From Candidatus Poribacteria bacterium (GTDB lineage Bacteria; Poribacteria; WGA-4E; JAJDTR01), in the NCBI GenBank assembly GCA_965197465.1, contig OZ240209.1, positions 5,078,477 to 5,142,476 of the forward strand: a stretch of DNA of 64,000 bases, in the 5' to 3' direction. Shown piece by piece: positions 61,201 to 64,000 of this stretch. Positions within the stretch are counted from its first letter, which is position 1; each line of letters begins with the position of its first letter. The notes under the pieces are model-generated. The model ran no database searches, was not told the DNA's origin, and saw only the letters and a list, made by a program, of their open reading frames with translations. Both the position numbers and the translations under genes were made by a program.

Positions 61201-61884
61201 CACGATCTAAGGACCTCCAAAATGATTTGTCGGGTAGCAAGAGGTTGCTTTGATTGTTCATCGCCATGTTCATCTCCGTTTATTTGACTCCGTTCTAATT
61301 TGCTTCGGCATCCTCCGCCTCCCTTTTGTAATGTTCAGCAAACAGTGCACCGCAATTTTCGTGAGCGTCTCATCTGTTATAGGTGAGAAATTCAACAGAG
61401 CCACCTGCTTTTTGATTTCAGAGGCTATCGCATGTTTTTCAATCTCAGGGAGTTGGTTGAATGCTTCCAATATGTTTTGTGGGGTTGCGTACACTCGGAC
61501 CTCCGTGTGGCAAGAGCGTAAAGTTTGTGCGAATTATACACGATGCCTTGACGAAATTTAAAGCTTTCTCTACATTCCAATAGAGCCATCTAATTTTTGG
61601 TTCTCTGTCGGTGGTCCAGTGTAAGTTGCAATTCAGCAACCACGCCGAAGGTTCAACCGATTTCACTTCACCATTAAGTCAAATTATGGCTAAGAAGTCG
61701 CGACCTGGAGATCCCTCCTACAGACGTTTTGTTGTAACAATCTTCAGTCGTCAAATCAAGCATTTTCGTTCTTTCCATTTCGTGTCTGATGGGGCGTCCA
61801 CTTGCCCGTACCGCAACATGTGTAAATATATGAATGCAAATGACTATAGACAAGATTATGACACGTTCTGCGAAGCGGTAGAAG

Positions 61885-63816
61885 ATGAATAGGGTGAACA
61901 GGATGTCCCCCGGCATTACCTGGAAATCCATAGCTATAACGATCGCCTTAATTCCATTCAACTTCTACTGGATAATCGCCGGTGAAGTGGGACTTGTCGG
62001 ATATGCTCTGAACACCTACGCTGTCCCATTCTACAATGTCATATTCTCAGTATTTGTGCTCGTACTTCTGAGGATTATCGTAAGAGGAGCTCTCGGCGTT
62101 TCCATCCTTGACAATGCGGAACTGCTTACCGTATACGTCCTATTGAGTGTAGCCTGCGCCCTCCCCTCAATAACGTTGATGACGCTCTTGGTTACGAGCG
62201 TGGGTCACGCTTTCTGGTACGCAACTCCGGAGAACGAGTGGCAGCAACTGTTCTGGAACTATCTCCCCGACTGGCTTGTCGTTAAGAACAGGAGCGTCCT
62301 GGGCGGTTATTATGAGGGAGAGTCAACTTTATACACGCTTTCTCATGTCAAGGCGTGGCTTCAGCCGGCAGCATACTGGACGATATTCACCACCTGTCTC
62401 ATATTCGTGATGTTGTGTATAAACTCGATCTTGAGGAAGCGATGGATCGAGCGCGATCATCTGGCTTATCCTGTCACACAGATCGCCTATCAATTAGCCT
62501 GCAACACCAACAGGCTCTTCTCCAGCAAGATGCTCTGGATGGGGTTTGCGGTAGCCGCCTCGATAGCTATCATTAACGGGTTGAGCTTTCTGTTTCCCGC
62601 CATACCCACCATCCCAGTAAAACGAGACAGCAGTTGGCACGGCATCGGTCATCTATTTACAGAAAAACCGTGGAATGCCATCGGCCACATCCGCTTCTCA
62701 TTCTACCCGTTTGTCATCGGTCTCGGTTTCCTTATGCCTCTGGATCTTGCATTCAGCAGTTGGCTCTTCTTTCTATTCTACAAGGCGGAACTGATACTCA
62801 CCAGCGCTCTGGGCATAAACATACCCGGATTTCCCTATCACAATGAGCAATGCTTCGGAGCGGCAGTAGGAATATGCCTGACACTTCTCATATGCAGCAG
62901 GAAATATGTATTCGGCGTTTTCAAGGCAGCGTTTACGAATAGCCCCATGGATGATGAAGACGAGCCTGTGGGATACAGATTTGCCATAGTGGGCATCATT
63001 CTGGGATTCGCTTTTCTCGTTATGTTTTCTCTAAGGATTGGGATGTCTCCCTGGCTCATTCCCATATTCTTTGCCATCTACTTTGTCATATTACTCGTGA
63101 TAACCAGAATGCGCGCCGAGCTGGGTTTCCCTGTTCACGCCATGGAAAATATGCCGACTTACGGCATTTTAACAGGTTCTATCGGGACGCAAACGCTAGG
63201 TACAAACAATCTCGTAGCGCTATCACTTTACAAGTGGTTCAATAGAAGTTTTACCAGCAATTCGATGCCGCATCAGATGGAAGGGTTTAAACTGGCTGAT
63301 AGGTCCGGAATCAACACCAGAAGGTTGTTTTTTTCTATCATCGGAATAACAGCTCTAGGTTCGGTTACCGTGTTCTGGGTCATACTCCACTCATTCTATA
63401 AAGTCGGTGCGGTATCGGGGCGCGGTTGGTCCCTGGGTTTTGGATGGTATGTATATGACGGGCTAAAGAACTGGCTTTATTCCTCGACGGAACCCAACTA
63501 TTACGCTGTGGGGGGAATGACTTTCGGTTTGCTGTTCTCGCTTATACTGACGTTCATGAGGTCAAGGTTCCCTTTCTGGCCGTTCCACCCCATCGCTTTT
63601 GTGATATCCGGTGATTGGGGCATGAAATACTTATGGAGTTGCATGTTGGTCAGTTCTGTTGTAAAATGGATGGTGCTGAAGCTTGGAGGGCGAAGAGCAT
63701 CGCAGCAACTTGTCATCTTTGCCATCGGTCTTATACTTGGCGATTTCATCATAGGCGGTTTATGGAGCCTGCTTGGAGTATTCACAAAGACGCCAATGTA
63801 TAACTTCTGGCCATAG
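61885..63816 (+). CDS. Large polytopic membrane protein, unknown function (paralog of 28728-30710)
   Basis: 643 aa with more than 12 TM segments. Conserved blocks shared with the 28728 gene. Confidence 0.55.
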   Translation: MNRVNRMSPGITWKSIAITIALIPFNFYWIIAGEVGLVGYALNTYAVPFYNVIFSVFVLVLLRIIVRGALGVSILDNAELLTVYVLLSVACALPSITLMTLLVTSVGHAFWYATPENEWQQLFWNYLPDWLVVKNRSVLGGYYEGESTLYTLSHVKAWLQPAAYWTIFTTCLIFVMLCINSILRKRWIERDHLAYPVTQIAYQLACNTNRLFSSKMLWMGFAVAASIAIINGLSFLFPAIPTIPVKRDSSWHGIGHLFTEKPWNAIGHIRFSFYPFVIGLGFLMPLDLAFSSWLFFLFYKAELILTSALGINIPGFPYHNEQCFGAAVGICLTLLICSRKYVFGVFKAAFTNSPMDDEDEPVGYRFAIVGIILGFAFLVMFSLRIGMSPWLIPIFFAIYFVILLVITRMRAELGFPVHAMENMPTYGILTGSIGTQTLGTNNLVALSLYKWFNRSFTSNSMPHQMEGFKLADRSGINTRRLFFSIIGITALGSVTVFWVILHSFYKVGAVSGRGWSLGFGWYVYDGLKNWLYSSTEPNYYAVGGMTFGLLFSLILTFMRSRFPFWPFHPIAFVISGDWGMKYLWSCMLVSSVVKWMVLKLGGRRASQQLVIFAIGLILGDFIIGGLWSLLGVFTKTPMYNFWP

Positions 63817-64000
63817 AATTGACCCTGATTATTCCTATGAAGTGTGGCTGCGAGAATTGTCCACTTTGTAAATCCCTTAGCGCCCATTCACCCACGAATG
63901 TGCACAGTGCCCTGATTTTGATGTGGCAAAATTCTGGATGAAAGGGTTTTGCACAGCAATTCTCATTTTGAATTTTAGTGATTTTGTGGTTTGATTCTGT

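Noticed and set aside
60040-61230. Terminal inverted repeats of the IS630 element
   Set aside because: Both flanks contain tgtgtaat and tttag motifs, but I could not align them as a convincing inverted repeat by eye, so the boundaries are given only approximately.
61270-61494. 74-aa minus-strand ORF downstream of the IS as a possible antitoxin-like gene
   Set aside because: A weak ..ILEAFNQLPEIEK.. resemblance only, with no partner gene and a position inside IS-flanking junk, so there is insufficient support.
1-64000. CRISPR array
   Set aside because: The many short repeats are dispersed, with irregular spacing and variable sequence. There is no regular repeat-spacer periodicity and there are no cas genes.

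Overview
This 64-kb window looks like accessory genome from an uncultivated or poorly characterised bacterium (about 52-56% GC, with AT-rich islands at roughly 6.2-9.3 kb and 20.4-21.8 kb). Housekeeping and metabolic genes are present: an aminotransferase C-terminus, thrB, a sugar-phosphate isomerase with a Gfo/Idh/MocA oxidoreductase, an enolase-superfamily dehydratase, an SDR, a D-aminoacylase and an FAH hydrolase. They are interrupted by large paralogous expansions. The most striking is two arrays (10.3-17.5 kb and 38.7-46.3 kb) of secreted BNR/Asp-box beta-propeller genes and small lipoprotein genes, several of them His-rich. The propeller genes end in a conserved extreme C-terminal peptide (..GKAA[VT]TWGAIK[QR]xx) that also occurs on two unrelated LamG-domain proteins, which I take as a candidate undescribed C-terminal sorting or processing tag. 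The arrays share a conserved ~200-nt upstream leader with a TGAACA-N4-TGTTCA palindrome, show translational coupling (ATGA overlaps), and carry decay products: a frameshifted copy, an orphan tag remnant and orphan leaders. Other expansions and elements: four phytanoyl-CoA dioxygenase-family genes including a tandem pair and a PhyH-HEAT fusion; two paralogous ~650-aa polytopic membrane proteins; RelE/ParE and HicAB toxin-antitoxin pairs; an M7/snapalysin-like metalloprotease operon with a His-rich membrane protein; an IS630-family transposase with a frameshift at an A7 tract; a ~200-bp direct repeat (8.1 kb and 20.1 kb) that includes the 5' end of paralogous small Cys-motif genes, each followed by different AT-rich cargo; and at least three families of short dispersed intergenic repeats. 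No rRNA, tRNA or CRISPR array was recognised.
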